64,000 nucleotides of DNA from Planctomycetota bacterium (GCA_965223505.1 CBDCWP010000044.1:96001-160000), one strand, 5' to 3'; positions 1-10,313 are shown, numbered from the stretch's first letter. Made by a program: numbers and translations. The notes: generated by a model from the letters alone, not told the origin.

Positions 1-1
1 G

Positions 2-628
2 GAAGAGGTCAAGCACCGCCTGCTCGCGCAGCGTGTCGCGCCGGGCGTCCTGCTCAGCAACGTCTTCGCGGAGCTCGAGAACAACCTCAAGGACAGCAAG
101 GCGCAGGACATCTACATCAAGGAGATCGACCTGCGGGTGCGCGAGGAGACCAATGCGTTCCAGTACTACAAGCCGCTCCAGGAGAAGAAGAACGCGACGG
201 GCTACAAGGCGACGACGCGCACGCGCTATCAGAAGCGCGACGCGACGGTACGGGTGCTCGGGCGCATCGGCGGCCGCAACGCGGCCCAGCTCTACCAGGA
301 CTTCTATCAGGCGTGCCTGAACAACAAGCGCGGCCTGGTCGTGGAGGCGCCCGAGGGTCTGCGCCCGGGGCGCGGCGGACGCGCGAGCGAGTTCGAGCTG
401 CTGTTTCGGCCCGGCCACTCGCTGCAGCTGGAGCAGGAGAGCGGTCAGCCGCTCGAGATCGTCATGCGCGATCTGAAGCTCGACGACCCCGAGGATCCGA
501 CGAAGTTCGTCGGGCGCCGCGCGGACGGCGTCCCCATCGAGATCGAGATCGAGAAAGTGGACCGCTCACAACGCAGGCGGCTCCTGGAAGACCTCCAGAG
601 CGCGGCGAAGCCGGCGGAAGGGAACTAG
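2..628 (+). CDS. 5'-truncated pilus/T2SS assembly protein (PilM/PilN-like position), C-terminal part
   Basis: Frame of ORF 137..628 is open back to base 2 (EEVKHRLLAQRVAPGVLLSNVFAELE...IYIKEIDL). It lies upstream of a PilO-like gene and a prepilin cluster. Family assignment is mainly from context. Confidence 0.5.
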   Translation, partial: EEVKHRLLAQRVAPGVLLSNVFAELENNLKDSKAQDIYIKEIDLRVREETNAFQYYKPLQEKKNATGYKATTRTRYQKRDATVRVLGRIGGRNAAQLYQDFYQACLNNKRGLVVEAPEGLRPGRGGRASEFELLFRPGHSLQLEQESGQPLEIVMRDLKLDDPEDPTKFVGRRADGVPIEIEIEKVDRSQRRRLLEDLQSAAKPAEGN

Positions 629-630
629 CC

Positions 631-1581
631 ATGGACGAGCTCTGGCAGCGCTATCGAACGTTCTGGACGCCGGTTCTCATCGGCCTCGGCATCTTCCTGG
701 TGGGCATCATCGCCGTGCACATCATGACGGACGACCCCGACGACGCGAAAGCGACGCTCAAGCGCGAGAAGAACAAGCTCACGAGCAAGAAGCAGCCGTC
801 GAACAAGAAGATCAAGGATCTCAAGCTTCGCGGCGACGCGCTGAAGGATCGCGTCGCCGCCTGGTCGCAGCGACTCGATCAGACCTCCGGGGCGGAGGGC
901 GACGTCATCTCGCTCGCCGTGGACCAGGCGCTTCGGGCCGCCATCCTGCGCGGTGCGAGTGTGGACGAGGCGCGTAGCGACGCGTCGCTCGCCGCGCGTT
1001 ACTTCGACGGCGACGATGTCGCTGCGGCGAAGGCGCGCCGGCGCTTCGAGAACATGCGCCAGGAGCGCATCGACCTGCTGCGGACCGCGGATCCCAACGT
1101 GGGCTTCAGCCGTCTACTGATCGACGTCTACAACGAGATGCGCGCCCGGGCGAACCGCCAGGACGTCGACATCAAGGCCGATCGGTTCGGGTTCGCGTCG
1201 GTCACGTCGGTCAACCGCGCGTCCCTGCCCCAGCGGCTGCTCAATCTCGCGCTGGTCGCGCGCATCGTCAGCGCCGCCATCGAGAACGGCGTCGAGTCGA
1301 TCCAGCAGATCCAGGTGGATCGCGCGGCGCCGGGCCGCCCGGACGCGTTCCTGCACGAGTGGGGCGTTCGCGTCCTGATGGTCGGCGACATGGCCGCCTG
1401 CAAGCGCGTGCTCGACCTCCTGACCGATCCGTCGGCGCCCGTGGCGATGGCCAACACGCGTCTCTCCATTCCGAAGAACACGTCGCCGCTCACCGGATTG
1501 GTCGAGCTCGACGTGAAGGCCTACAGCGTCGTGGTCAACGCCGACGCGTCGCTCAACCTCGAATCGGAGGAAGAAGAATGA
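631..1581 (+). CDS. Bitopic membrane protein, PilO/GspM-like
   Basis: ATG at 631 directly after the previous stop. N-terminal TM helix (FWTPVLIGLGIFLVGIIAV), coiled-coil, and a C-terminal beta-alpha-beta-beta pattern. Operon context. Confidence 0.5.
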   Translation: MDELWQRYRTFWTPVLIGLGIFLVGIIAVHIMTDDPDDAKATLKREKNKLTSKKQPSNKKIKDLKLRGDALKDRVAAWSQRLDQTSGAEGDVISLAVDQALRAAILRGASVDEARSDASLAARYFDGDDVAAAKARRRFENMRQERIDLLRTADPNVGFSRLLIDVYNEMRARANRQDVDIKADRFGFASVTSVNRASLPQRLLNLALVARIVSAAIENGVESIQQIQVDRAAPGRPDAFLHEWGVRVLMVGDMAACKRVLDLLTDPSAPVAMANTRLSIPKNTSPLTGLVELDVKAYSVVVNADASLNLESEEEE

Positions 1582-4559
1582 TCGTCCTCGCAGGTGCGGG
1601 AAGTTTCTTTCTCTACATGTTGCTCGGCCTGGGCGCGCTCGTGTTCACGGCGATGCTCGACGGCAAGCTCGGCAAGGAGAAAGCGCTCCTCGTCTACGCC
1701 GTTCTCCTGCTCGTCTTGACCTTCGTGAACGCGCCGGAGGCGCCCGCCGTCGGGCAGCTTCGTGCGGGCGACGAGAACCAGGTGCCGGCGAAGCAGCTCG
1801 ACGCGGTCGGTGATCCCTTCAAGCGACCCGACTACGACTACGATGTCGGCCGCAACGTGTTCCGCGAGTACTCGGACACGCGTCCGCTGCCGCCGGAGCC
1901 GCTCCCGACGCCGCCGTGGATCGAGTTCGCGTTCCCGCTGCCGCCCACGATTCCCGGTCCCGCGCCGGCGCATCGCCGGGTGCTGCGCGGAGAGCTTCCG
2001 GCGCTGAGCGCCGGTGACGGCAGCACGATCGCGGCCATTCCCGAGGCCGTATTCACGGAGTACGAGCCGCAGCCCGAAGACGTCTACGACTGGATCGTGG
2101 ATGGCGGCAAGACGTACTACGTCTACATCCTCGCCATCGACCCGGGTGACGGGCGCTGGGTGGAAGAGAAGGATCCGGGCTTCGACACGCTTAAGTTCCA
2201 GCTCGCCGGCAACGCGCCCGAGAAGGCGAACATGACCGTGAAGTACGCCGTGGTCGGCACAAAGGAAAAGGCCGCCAAGAAGCTGGAGCGCACGGCCGTG
2301 CTCGCGGCGCGCAAGGAGTTCCAGTCCGAGCTCGAGGCCTCGAAGTTCGAAGAGTGGGGCCTGCGTCGCACGGTCGACAACATGTACGTCGAGGCCTTGC
2401 GCAGCTCGGGTCTGAACCTCGATCTCAAGAACGCCAGCATCTCGGCGCTTCGACGCGCGGCGGAGAAGATGGCGGCGGTCGGCAAGACCGGCAAGGAGTC
2501 GAAGGAAGGGTGGCGTCGCGCGGCGACCCTGCTCGAGAAGGCGCTCGCCGAGGCGCGCGTGGCCGCGGCGCCCGCGTTGCGAGCGGACATCCTGCTGTCG
2601 CTGCTCGAGGCCTACCGGGCGTTGAAGGACGACAAGGCGATCCTGACGGCGCTCGCGGAATACGTCCGCACGAGTCCGCGTAGTCAGGAGCCGTGGCTGT
2701 GGCTCGGCGACTTCAGTTTGGCCGAGCAAGGGTTGGCGGACGTGTCGCTGGACTACTACCTGGCGGCGCGCGAGCGCAATGCGGTGAACCCGTACGCGCA
2801 CATCGGCGAGGGCAACGCCCGCGCCTTTGCCGGCGATCACGCCGAAGCGCTCCGCGCCTATCGCAAGGCCGGCGGCTCGGCGCTCGCCAGCTTGAAGCGC
2901 GGCGAGGCGCTGCTTCGTCTGGGCGAGCTCGACAACGCGCGCAGCGAGATCGACAGCGCGCTGGCGAGTGATCCGGCCTACGCGCCGGCCATCCTCGTGC
3001 GCGGCGCGATCTACTACGCCAAGGGCGATCTCGAAACCGCACGGACGTCGTTCGAGCGGGTCGCGACCATGGACGCGGCACGCGACGAGCGGGCAATGGC
3101 CTGCTTCAACCTCGGGCTCACGTGCGTGCGCATGGGGCAGAACGATGCCGCCATCGCGGCGTTCGACGCGTGCGAGAAGGCCATGCAGCTCGGCGCCGCG
3201 CCCGGTCCCTTCCCGGACGAGACCGTGTCGCCCGCGTTGGGCCGCGCGTTCGTGGCGCTCGGGCAGGGCAACATGGGCGAGGTGCGCGCGCAGCTGGGCG
3301 TCGCGCGGCAGGAAGCGCCGCTGTCCTCGTACGTCGAGTTCCTCGCCGGCGTGCTCGGGTACGCCGAGGGAAACACGACGTCGTCGATTCGGGCATTGAC
3401 CAGCGCGCTGGCGCGCGCGAACGACTACCGTGAGCTCGACGGCTGGCTGGCGAAGACGTACCTGGACATCGCGGAGCAGCAGGTCGCGACGGGCGCCGAG
3501 CCGTCCGCGTACAACGAGACGTTCCGCAAGGCCGTGGCGTTCGCGAAGCGGGCCGCCGACAACGAGGAAGACGCGGACAAGCGCGCGACGAAGATGCGCC
3601 TGCGTCAAGCGCTCATCGAGCTGGCCGCGGCCCACGTCCCGACGAAGCAACGCTTCTCGACGGCGTTGGCGACCGCGGACTACGTCATCAAGCGCGTGCC
3701 CGGTGCGCGCGACAACCCCGCGGCGCACGCCATTCGCGGGTACTGCCACTACGGCCTCGGCGGCGACGAGAACGTGAAGCAGTGCATGCGCGACTTCCAG
3801 AAGGTGCTCGACGACGTCCCGGAAGAGGACCAGGGCTACTGGAAGAAGTGGCGTCAGTACGCCGACGCGCGACTCAAACAGGTCAAGCACTGGGACTCGC
3901 TCGAAGAGAAGACGATTCGCTTCGAGGGCACACGGTTGAGCAGCGACTGGGACTACTCCGAAAAGAACGGCGTGCGGATCCTCATCGACGAGGGCACGCT
4001 CGTCTTCAAGGACGAGTCCTCGCGCGACGGCACGTACCTCGAGCCGACGGTCTACATGTTCAATGCCAACGGCAGCGCGATGTTCAAGCGCGAGGCGTTT
4101 GAAGAGGTCACGATGATGGTGCGCGCCCCGAAGCAGATTCAGGGCGTCTCTTCCAACAACGTGACGTTCGGCGTCCAGGTCCGCAGCGGCGGTAGCGGCA
4201 GCAAGGCGCGCACGCCGGGCATCGGCATCTTCTTCGACAAGGCGAAGGTCGCCGTGCGCGTGGGCGGCGGCCAGAACGACGGACTCAAGGACGGCTTGCC
4301 GAAGCGCACGTGGGTCGGACGGGAAGCCGAGCAGGAATGGCCGAGCAACGACTGGGTCGAGGTGCGCATCGCGCGGCTGGATGCCGACAAGGGGCTGATG
4401 GCCGTCTTCTTGAACGGCGAAGAGGTGTTCCGCGACAACGTGTCGGGTTTCAAGCGAACGCGCGGCAAGGCGTCGCTGTGGATCGGCGGGTGGTCCAACC
4501 AGGCCGAGGAATTCCACATCGAGGTCAAGGACATTCGGGTGATTCGGAGGAAGGGCTGA
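1578..4559 (+). CDS. Membrane-anchored TPR-repeat protein with C-terminal beta-sandwich (ConA/LamG-like) domain
   Basis: ATGA overlap at 1578-1581; two N-terminal TM helices; many TPR-like motifs (e.g. AILVRGAIYYAKGDLETARTSFER, ACFNLGLTCVRMGQNDAAIAAFD); beta-rich C-terminus (WVEVRIAR...MAVFLNGEEV). Confidence 0.7.
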   Translation: MIVLAGAGSFFLYMLLGLGALVFTAMLDGKLGKEKALLVYAVLLLVLTFVNAPEAPAVGQLRAGDENQVPAKQLDAVGDPFKRPDYDYDVGRNVFREYSDTRPLPPEPLPTPPWIEFAFPLPPTIPGPAPAHRRVLRGELPALSAGDGSTIAAIPEAVFTEYEPQPEDVYDWIVDGGKTYYVYILAIDPGDGRWVEEKDPGFDTLKFQLAGNAPEKANMTVKYAVVGTKEKAAKKLERTAVLAARKEFQSELEASKFEEWGLRRTVDNMYVEALRSSGLNLDLKNASISALRRAAEKMAAVGKTGKESKEGWRRAATLLEKALAEARVAAAPALRADILLSLLEAYRALKDDKAILTALAEYVRTSPRSQEPWLWLGDFSLAEQGLADVSLDYYLAARERNAVNPYAHIGEGNARAFAGDHAEALRAYRKAGGSALASLKRGEALLRLGELDNARSEIDSALASDPAYAPAILVRGAIYYAKGDLETARTSFERVATMDAARDERAMACFNLGLTCVRMGQNDAAIAAFDACEKAMQLGAAPGPFPDETVSPALGRAFVALGQGNMGEVRAQLGVARQEAPLSSYVEFLAGVLGYAEGNTTSSIRALTSALARANDYRELDGWLAKTYLDIAEQQVATGAEPSAYNETFRKAVAFAKRAADNEEDADKRATKMRLRQALIELAAAHVPTKQRFSTALATADYVIKRVPGARDNPAAHAIRGYCHYGLGGDENVKQCMRDFQKVLDDVPEEDQGYWKKWRQYADARLKQVKHWDSLEEKTIRFEGTRLSSDWDYSEKNGVRILIDEGTLVFKDESSRDGTYLEPTVYMFNANGSAMFKREAFEEVTMMVRAPKQIQGVSSNNVTFGVQVRSGGSGSKARTPGIGIFFDKAKVAVRVGGGQNDGLKDGLPKRTWVGREAEQEWPSNDWVEVRIARLDADKGLMAVFLNGEEVFRDNVSGFKRTRGKASLWIGGWSNQAEEFHIEVKDIRVIRRKG

Positions 4560-5224
4560 TGCGCAACAAGACGCACTCGCAACGCGGATTCTCGTTCATC
4601 GAGATCCTCATCGTGATGGGGATCATCGCCACGTTGGCCGGCCTCACGATCGTCGCCGTCCAGATCTTCGCCCGCGAAGGTCCCGAGATGCAGACGAAGA
4701 CGTCGCTGCAGAAGGTGCAGGCGTTGATCGACACGGTGAAGCGGCAGTTCGAGATCTACCCGCCGCTGGACATCACGCGCTGCCCGAACCTCTACATGCA
4801 GGGGCCGGACAAGATCCGACCGCCGGGGAACGATTCGAACGCCGGCATCGAGGTCGTGTACCAGTCGATCTACTGGGACGGCATGAACGTCGAAGCCGGA
4901 TTCGGCGACGCGGAGCTCGGCAACACCGACGAGGACGAGCTCGGCAAGGCCGTGATCTCGTCGGGGAACCCCGCGTTGCTCGAGATCGTGGACGCGTGGG
5001 GCAACCCGCTCGTCTACATTCCGGCGACGGAGTACGCGAAGGTCGAGTCGAACCCGGTGCACATCATCCTCGGGGACCTGGACCGCGGAGGCGAGCTCGT
5101 CGAAGCGCGACCCTGGAAGAGCGAGCATGGTGGGTACGCCCGTCCGAACTCGTTCCAGCTCTACAGCATGGGGCCGGACGGCGAACCGAACACCGAGGAC
5201 GACATCAAGGCTTGGGAAGGCTAG
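4559..5224 (+). CDS. Prepilin-type N-terminal cleavage/methylation protein, GspG-like pseudopilin
   Basis: QRG|FSFIEILIVMGII class III signal peptide; GspG-type C-terminal motifs DAWGNPLVY and SMGPDGEPNTEDDI; TGATG coupling to the upstream gene. Confidence 0.85.
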   Translation: MRNKTHSQRGFSFIEILIVMGIIATLAGLTIVAVQIFAREGPEMQTKTSLQKVQALIDTVKRQFEIYPPLDITRCPNLYMQGPDKIRPPGNDSNAGIEVVYQSIYWDGMNVEAGFGDAELGNTDEDELGKAVISSGNPALLEIVDAWGNPLVYIPATEYAKVESNPVHIILGDLDRGGELVEARPWKSEHGGYARPNSFQLYSMGPDGEPNTEDDIKAWEG

Positions 5225-5898
5225 CCATCGCAGACGTACGCGCCACGATCCGACGCCGAGCGCAGCGAGGGTACTCGTTCGTCGAGGTGCTCATCGTCAT
5301 GGCGATCATCGCCGTGTTGACGACGCTTTCCATTGCGGCGTTGCGCGTCTGGCAGACGCAGCAGGCGCAGAGTGAGACGAACGAGGCGATTCGGCGGACG
5401 TCGTTCCTGATCACGGACGTCGAGCAACGGCGGGACATGATCCCGCCGATGCGGCTTCGCGACCTGGCGCGGCTGTTCCCGGACGGACCGCGCCCGATCT
5501 CGTCGGACAACGACACCAACGAAGGGATCGAGACGGTGGTGCAGGCCGGAACCGGACCGGGCGTCGCGTCCCGTGTCGATCTTGCCGACCGCATGCTCGG
5601 GAACACGGATAGGGACGTGCTTTCGCGCGTATTCAGCGCGTTGGGACACGCGACGTTGCTCGAGGTGCTGGACGCGTGGGGCAACCCGCTCGTCTACATC
5701 CCGCACATGGAGTACGGCAAGGTCGCGAAGCATCCGGTCACATACGTGCTCGAGAGCGGCGAGGAGGTGGAGGTGCGGCCGTGGCGAAGCGCCTACGGCC
5801 ACTTCGAGCATCCCCATTCGTTCCAGCTCTTCAGCATGGGCCCGGACCGTACGCCCAACACGGACGACGACATTCGGTGGGGGAGGAGCGAGTCGTGA
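5212..5898 (+). CDS. Second GspG-like pseudopilin (tandem paralog); start codon uncertain
   Basis: QRG|YSFVEVLIVMAII; DAWGNPLVYIP and SMGPDRTPNTDDDI motifs. The nearest plausible in-frame start is TTG at 5212. Confidence 0.75.
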   Translation: MGRLAIADVRATIRRRAQRGYSFVEVLIVMAIIAVLTTLSIAALRVWQTQQAQSETNEAIRRTSFLITDVEQRRDMIPPMRLRDLARLFPDGPRPISSDNDTNEGIETVVQAGTGPGVASRVDLADRMLGNTDRDVLSRVFSALGHATLLEVLDAWGNPLVYIPHMEYGKVAKHPVTYVLESGEEVEVRPWRSAYGHFEHPHSFQLFSMGPDRTPNTDDDIRWGRSES

Positions 5899-7100
5899 TG
5901 AGACGTCGGCGCCCCCAGCGGGGCTCTTCGTTCATCGAACTGCTGATGGTCATGGGCGGCATGGCGATCCTGATGGGATTGGCCGTGGGGTTCTTGAGCA
6001 ACATCGGCGGCGCCACGCACCTGGCGCAGGCGAAGGCGCTCATGGTCGAGGCGGCCTACGAGTGCATCGGCAAGAGCAGCGGCGGCGGACGGGCCACGTT
6101 CACGTTGCGCGAGTCGCCCGACGAGGGTCTGCAGCTGCGCGCGATCACGGCATCGCCGGTGCTCACGCACCAGTTCGAGGACCTGCAGTTCGCCAGCGGC
6201 GCGCGCGAGCCGCAGGTGCTCGGCAACGTCGAGTCCGTGCGGGGCGGGCGGACCGGCAAGGCGGCCAAGTTCTCGAGCGGCGGCTATCTCGAATTCGGCG
6301 CCGAGTCGGGCTTCGCGATGACCGAGGGCCTCGAGCTGGAGGCGTGGATCAAGCCCGCCGCCGGCCCGCAGCGGATGTACATCATCCGGGCCGCTTCGCA
6401 TGACGAGGACGTCTACGCCGTCACCCTCGAGCAAGAGGGCCAGGGCAGCGTCTACAAGCTGCAGCTGCAGCTCAAGCTGCGCGGCGCGGAGGAGAGCGAG
6501 CGCACGCCCGGTCTGGTGAAGACGATCCGCACCGAGGGCGCGCCGGTCGTCGCGGACGGCAGCTGGCAGCACATCTCCGTGCGCTTCGACGGCGTCGCCG
6601 CGTCGTTCCGCGTCAACGGCATCGACGTGCCATCCGACGACACCAAGACGAAGCGGCGGGACACCGCGACGGCCGACGTCGCCGAGATGTCCCGCATCGT
6701 GATTCCGGAGTCCGGGGTCCTCAAGCTGACGATCTCCGCGCCGAGCAGCTCGTTCAAGGGCCTCATCGACGGGCTGCAGCTGCGGGGCGTCTTCCGCATC
6801 GTCGAGCAGGAGCTGCCGGGCCGACTGACCGTCATCGCGCCGAAGCTGCCGATCTTCGTCGAGTATGCGAACGGCCGTCTCGACCCCGCGTATCACACGG
6901 ACGCCGTGACGATCCGCTTTCGCGACGAGGCGAACCCCGGCGGCGTCCCGCTGCGCTTGACGTTGGACACGTACGACGTCGAAGCCAAGTTCACCCGGCG
7001 CACGTCCGACGCCGTGCGGCGCTCGTCCGGCGGCGCCGACGACGAGCCCGATCCGGGATCGACGCTCGACCGGCTGAAGAAGAACCAGGGAGGCGGCTAG
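5898..7100 (+). CDS. Prepilin-type protein with LamG/ConA-like domain (minor pilin)
   Basis: QRG|SSFIELLMVMGG N-terminus; LamG-like motifs (LEAWIKP, WQHISVRFDG, FRVNG, FKGLIDGL). Confidence 0.75.
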   Translation: MRRRRPQRGSSFIELLMVMGGMAILMGLAVGFLSNIGGATHLAQAKALMVEAAYECIGKSSGGGRATFTLRESPDEGLQLRAITASPVLTHQFEDLQFASGAREPQVLGNVESVRGGRTGKAAKFSSGGYLEFGAESGFAMTEGLELEAWIKPAAGPQRMYIIRAASHDEDVYAVTLEQEGQGSVYKLQLQLKLRGAEESERTPGLVKTIRTEGAPVVADGSWQHISVRFDGVAASFRVNGIDVPSDDTKTKRRDTATADVAEMSRIVIPESGVLKLTISAPSSSFKGLIDGLQLRGVFRIVEQELPGRLTVIAPKLPIFVEYANGRLDPAYHTDAVTIRFRDEANPGGVPLRLTLDTYDVEAKFTRRTSDAVRRSSGGADDEPDPGSTLDRLKKNQGGG

Positions 7101-7102
7101 CG

Positions 7103-8365
7103 ATGCGCGCTTCCACCCAACGCAGCGAACGCGGCTTCACGATGCTCGAGCTGATCATCGCGATGGCCATCTTCACGTTGCTCGGAACGATGGTCATCAT
7201 GATGATGCGCCAGAGTCTCGACATCTTCTATCAAGGCATCAAAGAGGACGCGCTGTTCAACCGCATGGACACGGCGCTTCCGGTGGTCGCGGAAGACATC
7301 GAGTCGATCTACATCGGCGACGAGTTCGACCCGCCGCCGCCGCCGCTGACCGAAGAGCAGCGCCTCGAGCTCGACCGCATGGGGCAGAAAGAGCGGCCGC
7401 GGGGCAAGCCGTCGGTCGTGCGCATGCGCTCGGGCACGATCATCCTCCAGCAGCAGCCGGAGGGACCGCTCAAGGACTATCCGATGCGTTGGTTCGCGCT
7501 CATCGCGGATCGCACCGGGAGGGTCGATCCGATCCTCGTCAAGGCCGGCAACTACGCCGGGCCCGAGGCCGTCGACTACACGCCGAAGACCGCCAAGGCC
7601 TACCAGCTCGACCGCAGCATCCGCTTCAAGGCCACGGGCGGGTTGATGGAGGTTTGCTACATCGCGGTGCCGGACGAGCGGTTCCCCGAGCTGCTCAGCC
7701 TGTACCGCGGCTACCGCGCGCCGATCGGCGACCCGAAGCACAGCCTGCTGATTCCCGAGAACCTCGACACGATCGAGGAGATCAAGGAACGCTGCACGCT
7801 CGTCGCCAGGGGCCTCCTCTACTTCAACGTCACGTGGCGACGGATCCACGCGACCTCGTGGGAGGAAGACGCCACCGCCGTGGGACAGGACGCGCCGTAC
7901 GTGGGATCGATCTGGGATTCGACGCGCGCGATCGACAAGACGTTTCCCTTGTACGCCGGCGCCGACAGCCTCGTCGACCCCAGCGACGACGTGTTTCCCG
8001 GGTTCGTTCGGCTGCAGCTGTCGTTGAGCCCCGGGGGCAACGCGGGCTACGGCAAGGGCGAGCTCACGCTGGAGAGCGGGATCGGCCCCGACGACACGGA
8101 GCTCTCGGTCTCGGACCCGCAAAAGCTGCTGCAGGGACGCGGCAACGAGCGCTACCTGAAGATCGGCACCGAGTGGATGAGCTACGGCCCGCGTGACGTC
8201 AACACCCAGAAGAAGACGGTGCGTGTCGATCGGGGCGCGCGCGGGACCACCAAGCAGTCGCACGACGCCGGTTGGATCCACGTCGGCATGGACGCCGCGC
8301 AAGAGATCAAGATGCCCGTGTACCGCGACAGCTACACGGTCGGCGTCGGGGAGAAGGGACCGTGA
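7103..8365 (+). CDS. Prepilin-type protein (GspJ/PilW-like minor pilin)
   Basis: ERG|FTMLELIIAMAIFTLL class III signal peptide. Confidence 0.8.
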   Translation: MRASTQRSERGFTMLELIIAMAIFTLLGTMVIMMMRQSLDIFYQGIKEDALFNRMDTALPVVAEDIESIYIGDEFDPPPPPLTEEQRLELDRMGQKERPRGKPSVVRMRSGTIILQQQPEGPLKDYPMRWFALIADRTGRVDPILVKAGNYAGPEAVDYTPKTAKAYQLDRSIRFKATGGLMEVCYIAVPDERFPELLSLYRGYRAPIGDPKHSLLIPENLDTIEEIKERCTLVARGLLYFNVTWRRIHATSWEEDATAVGQDAPYVGSIWDSTRAIDKTFPLYAGADSLVDPSDDVFPGFVRLQLSLSPGGNAGYGKGELTLESGIGPDDTELSVSDPQKLLQGRGNERYLKIGTEWMSYGPRDVNTQKKTVRVDRGARGTTKQSHDAGWIHVGMDAAQEIKMPVYRDSYTVGVGEKGP

Positions 8366-8784
8366 TGCGGCAGCCGCCTCCCACCCACGCGCAACGCGGA
8401 TTCTCGTTTCTCGAGGTGTTGATCGCGATGTCGATCCTCATCGTGGGAAGCGTTTCGATCTTGTCGCTCTTCGTCATCGGCGTTCACAACCAGGTGGAGC
8501 GCCGGATCGAGAAGCGACTCGAGGAGGTGCGTCCGGAGGTCATGACGATCGTCCAGGAAGCGGTCGACACGCTCGCCTCCGACGCCAAGCTCACCGAAAA
8601 CACCGTGAAGGGCCGTCCGCTGTCGAAGCGCGGCTACACGGTGGACGTTCGTTGGACGCCGAATCCGTTCGGCGGCCCGGGATGGTTCGCCCACGCGGTC
8701 ATCCTCTTCCGTGACGAGCCGGTCGCGACGCTGAAACCGATCCCGGTGACGCGTTCGACGCTCAATCCGAACAAGCCGAAGTGA
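8365..8784 (+). CDS. Prepilin-type protein (GspI/PilV-like minor pilin)
   Basis: QRG|FSFLEVLIAMSILIVG; short (139 aa); overlapping TGATG start. Confidence 0.8.
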   Translation: MRQPPPTHAQRGFSFLEVLIAMSILIVGSVSILSLFVIGVHNQVERRIEKRLEEVRPEVMTIVQEAVDTLASDAKLTENTVKGRPLSKRGYTVDVRWTPNPFGGPGWFAHAVILFRDEPVATLKPIPVTRSTLNPNKPK

Positions 8785-10313
8785 AAGAGACGAACCCGCG
8801 GAGAATGGAGTTCGATATGCGCGCGACAAACAAGACCTGGGCACGGCCGCTGACCGTGTGTGCGTTCGCATTGGTGTTTTCCCTCGTCATGCAGCCGCTG
8901 CTCGCTCCTCCCGCGGCGGCCGACGTGGTGCACCTGCGAACGGGCGAGGCCATCAAGGGCCGCGCGATCCAGGAGGACAGCGACGAGCAGAAGTTGATCA
9001 TCATCGACTACAAGACCGGTGCGCGCCGCAGTCTCTCGTGGCAAGCGGTCGATCCCGCCGACAGGGACCGCATCCAGGACGAGTGGGGCTGGAAGAACAA
9101 GTCGCAGCGCACGATCTCCGGCCATCGCGTGACGCAGAAGTTCTCCAACGGCTCGACCGACGATCTGCTCGGTCTGGTCGAGAGCGGCTGGAAGGACGGA
9201 TCGTTCACGGGCGGGCCGGTCAAGCTCCGCCGTCGCGGGCAGGTGCTCGACATTCCCGTCGATCAGATCGTCGAGGTGACCGACGAGGAGATGGATCCGC
9301 GCGACATCTGGACGCCGGAACAGCTCTACGACCAGTTCCTCGACGAACTGCGCGCCGATTCCAAGGTGAACGTCGACGACATGGACTCGCGCACGCACTT
9401 CCGCGCGGCGCAGTACGCCGAGTGGGCGGAGGCGCTGGAGATCGCGCTCAAGCACTACCAGACGTGCGCGGCCGACCCGGACTTCCTCCAGGCGGGCGTT
9501 GCGAAGGACCGTGCTGCGCGCGTCGAGAGTCTGCTGCGCGACCAGGAAGCACTCGCGACGATTCGCGACATCAAGATGCGGCTTGCGATGAACAACTTCC
9601 GCAAGTGCAAAGAGCTGCTCGACACCTTCGGGGAGGTCCACGCGGACGCCAGCGAGGCGGTCATGTCGCGTGTCGAGCGCTTGCGCAACGAGTTCACGAA
9701 GAAGCGCACCGAGTACTTCCAACAGGAGGCGAAGCGCGCCTTCGTCAAGATCTGCGAGAAGATGATCGAGAAGAAGGTGAAGGAGAAGGACATCGGCCTG
9801 ACCGACGCCACGGCGTGGACGCGCAAGCAGCTGCCCGAAGACGCGTTCAAGGCATTGGCCGAGCGCATGGGCAAGCGCGACGACGTGACCCCCGAAGAGG
9901 CGCAGACCTTCTGGGACGGACGCAAGAAGCGCCAGTGGACGAACCGCAGCTACGGCGCGGGGACGTTCATCGTGAAGCCGCCGCAGATCAAGCCGCCGTC
10001 GAGCAAGCCGCGCGGGGGCGGGGGCAACCGTCAAGGCGGGGGTGGAGCGGCGCCGCGCATCAAGATTCCGAAGCCGCCGACACGTGATCAGTGGTGGGCG
10101 AAGGCGAAGTCGAAGGAACGCGCCTCCTGGGTGATGGCGTACTTCGCGCAGAACTCCGGCCTGTTCGAGGTCGGCGATCCCAAGTTCTCGCCCTGCAAGC
10201 TGTGCCACGGCGCGGGGCTGCTGCACAAGCAGATGCAGACGGGGGCGACGCTCTCGTACCTCTGCATCCGCTGCGGCGGCGCGCAGCAGGACATGAAGGT
10301 GCACTTCAGATAG
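8781..10313 (+). CDS. Exported hypothetical protein with C-terminal CxxCxGxG...CxxC motif (alternative start 8817)
   Basis: Signal peptide ending PAAA-DVVHLRTG; C-terminal CKLCHGAG...CIRCGG; strong GC3 codon bias. Confidence 0.7.
   Translation: MKETNPRRMEFDMRATNKTWARPLTVCAFALVFSLVMQPLLAPPAAADVVHLRTGEAIKGRAIQEDSDEQKLIIIDYKTGARRSLSWQAVDPADRDRIQDEWGWKNKSQRTISGHRVTQKFSNGSTDDLLGLVESGWKDGSFTGGPVKLRRRGQVLDIPVDQIVEVTDEEMDPRDIWTPEQLYDQFLDELRADSKVNVDDMDSRTHFRAAQYAEWAEALEIALKHYQTCAADPDFLQAGVAKDRAARVESLLRDQEALATIRDIKMRLAMNNFRKCKELLDTFGEVHADASEAVMSRVERLRNEFTKKRTEYFQQEAKRAFVKICEKMIEKKVKEKDIGLTDATAWTRKQLPEDAFKALAERMGKRDDVTPEEAQTFWDGRKKRQWTNRSYGAGTFIVKPPQIKPPSSKPRGGGGNRQGGGGAAPRIKIPKPPTRDQWWAKAKSKERASWVMAYFAQNSGLFEVGDPKFSPCKLCHGAGLLHKQMQTGATLSYLCIRCGGAQQDMKVHFR

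Noticed and set aside
1521..4517. Long antisense and alternate-frame ORFs (also 8634-11222, 22509-25097, 26139-28904, 35307-37139, 44026-46860 and others)
   Set aside because: Shadow ORFs of high-GC coding sequence: Arg/Ala-rich, no motifs, and overlapping well-supported genes.
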